From Vicugna vicugna (lineage: Eukaryota): a DNA stretch of 20,000 nt. A model generated the notes under the pieces. It did not search any database and had not been told where the DNA came from. It saw only the letters and a list, made by a program, of their open reading frames with translations. The stretch lies in the NCBI GenBank assembly GCA_013265495.1, contig MU058000.1:2968727-2988726 (forward strand), read 5' to 3'. The position numbers and the translations under genes were made by a program. Below are positions 17,933 through 20,000 of the stretch, in pieces; positions within the stretch are counted from its first letter, which is position 1; each line of letters starts with the position of its first letter.

Positions 17933-20000
17933 TTATGGCCTCTCTATTTTCCTCATATTATTTCTGTGACTCAGATAAGGTCTTCGTGACTGCTCAGTGG
18001 TCATCTTTTACCAAATACATTCCCAATTTTAAACTTCAACAAGTAAAAGAAAGACCAGGACGTTTTAAAAGAAAAGCAAACAAGGGTTAAAGAAACGAAA
18101 GACGATTATTTCAGTCGGTATGGCTGGGGAGGCAAGCGATGGTCCTAACAGGTGCAAGAAAGAACCAAAAGAGAAGAGGCTAAGGAGTGTAATTATTCTA
18201 GAACCACCACCCCTCCCTGCAAATGGAGACAACAATCTTATTATTTACCTCATTTTAACCCAGAAATTCACCTGAAAACCTGTCACAGGGTGCAATTTTT
18301 TCCAGTGCAATAAACTACATAATCTGTAGCCTTAACTTGATGCTTCCAGTTGCTTTACTTCAATCACTCCATTGGCTACAATACTTGAAAAATTTAAGGA
18401 TGATTCTTCATTACTTACAACTGGCAGGGGGCCTAGTCACAGGGTTTAAAGTCAAGCGAGACTTACAAAGAAGAGAAATTAGATCTTCTCATGAATCTTA
18501 AAAATATTTTTACTGTCTGATATCCCCCAAACAATTATGAATTTTAATCACAAAACTCAAAACTGGTTTAAAAATAATCTAAATCCTAAGGCATCTAAAG
18601 GGTAGTCTTTTATCAAAATGTTTTTCTGGTTCTCTGGACATTTATATATATTTTTTAGGATTTCTGCATTTTCTCCATCTTAATAGTTATGATTCTTCCC
18701 ATGTTAATGTTTTGTCGAGTTGAGAAAAACTCGTACAATTGACTTTCTGTCGAATGCAATCTTTTTTTAAGAGAAAGGAAGCTACCCGTTTCCTTCCAAA
18801 AGACTGTTGCTTTGTCTCTGTGTTCTTAGAATCAAGAAAATATTCATCTATAGATGAAAAAGTAAATTGTTAAATGAAATACATGTAAGAAATAAGTGTG
18901 TTTTATTTATTATTATGAATATCAGCTTCAATTCTATGACTTCATACTGGTAGATAGGAGTCATATCAGAGTTATTTTTACTGTAAACATAAAAACAAAA
19001 AAAAACTTGAAGCATTTATCTGAGCAATTCCAGAAGATTTTGCAACATTTTGCGTTTAAGCAAAGGAATGTTTTATCTCAGAGTGGAGATTTGGGGACTT
19101 TTTCACTGCCTTAACCAAAACTCTGCTTTGAACTGTTGAACACCGCTGAACTATTTTTCACCCAGAAATTTCAGAGGCAGAGGAGGATGTAAAAGTCCAG
19201 ACGATGTTGAGCAGTGTTTATCTTGAGGGGAATTTCTGAAAGTAGCAAACACAGCAAATACCAGAGAACACCCAGGGCAGCTTGATTCCCACTAAGAAGC
19301 AAGTTGCCATTGCCTGAAACAAAGTAAAAACATCCCCCATGATGTAGAATGACCCACTGACAAAGGGATCAGACTGTGGAGGTTGCATCTGTTTGTCCCA
19401 TATTTTAACTTTATTTTCGTGTGCTGACATTTGGAGTGGCTCTGATTGGTCTGGAATTAGCCTTCTTATCATGTGAAACATCTGTACCGCATTGTTCCAA
19501 AGGATTAGCTGCCCACTGGGGATTCTGTGAAGTCAGGACAATGGAGGTCATTAAAGGTGCAAACATTTATTTTCCGGTCTCTAGTTCAGCAGGAGAAAGC
19601 CATGCAGCTGACGGATTTTTCTTCTTTTCTTTCCTTTTTAATCCAAAGCTCAGCGTTCTTGCAAATATAACTAACCCACAGTAATCTGCACTAGAGTTGT
19701 TACACTGGAATTGATGACTGTAGGAATTCAGAACTACTTAATGGCCAAAGAAAAGGAGGGAGGAAAATAGGAGATTCCTTGTCAAAGTTAGGAGCTGAAA
19801 GTACACTCCAGCAGCCTTTCAAGAGCAGGGCTTGAAATGATTCTGAGTGGGATGGGCCGGCACAAGTCTTCGGGGGTATCACAAATTATAGTAACTTTTT
19901 GTCTTGCAGTTTCATGGCTTATGACCAATATTATTTTTCCCTTCACACTGGGTATCCCTCATTCCACCAACTGCCCTTTCTCCAAATCTCCTGATACTGC

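Noticed and set aside
1..20000. Prokaryote-type systems (CRISPR arrays, operons, defence loci), rRNA, and known miRNA or snoRNA genes
   Set aside because: The sequence is mammalian non-coding DNA. I saw no regularly spaced repeats, long ORFs or recognisable structured RNA genes.

Overview
AT-rich, CpG-depleted mammalian genomic DNA, intronic or intergenic. It is very likely from a camelid (camel, alpaca or llama), because it carries a vic-1-type tRNA(Ala)-derived SINE. I recognise no protein-coding gene, and none of the supplied ORFs looks like a real CDS; several lie in repeats. A large part of the window is transposon debris: old L1 and L2 fragments, several MIRs, a near-complete MER82 (Tigger) element, two ERV1-type solo LTRs, one SINE and microsatellites. 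The main observations are: (1) a three-level nest of L1, MER34-like LTR and SINE with both target-site duplications (TSDs) readable; (2) a CpG-rich solo LTR retaining CTCF, ETS, CCAAT, TATA-like and polyA motifs; (3) a textbook 125-nt minus-strand intron, plus a phase-compatible chain of candidate minus-strand exons; (4) a cluster of five perfect STAT5-type GAS motifs in 2.7 kb; (5) a PBX-HOX/MEIS/NF-Y motif cluster; (6) a ~65-bp L1 insertion apparently primed at an internal A-tract. I found no convincing novel biological system. Repeat family names come from recalled consensus sequences and need Dfam/RepeatMasker confirmation.
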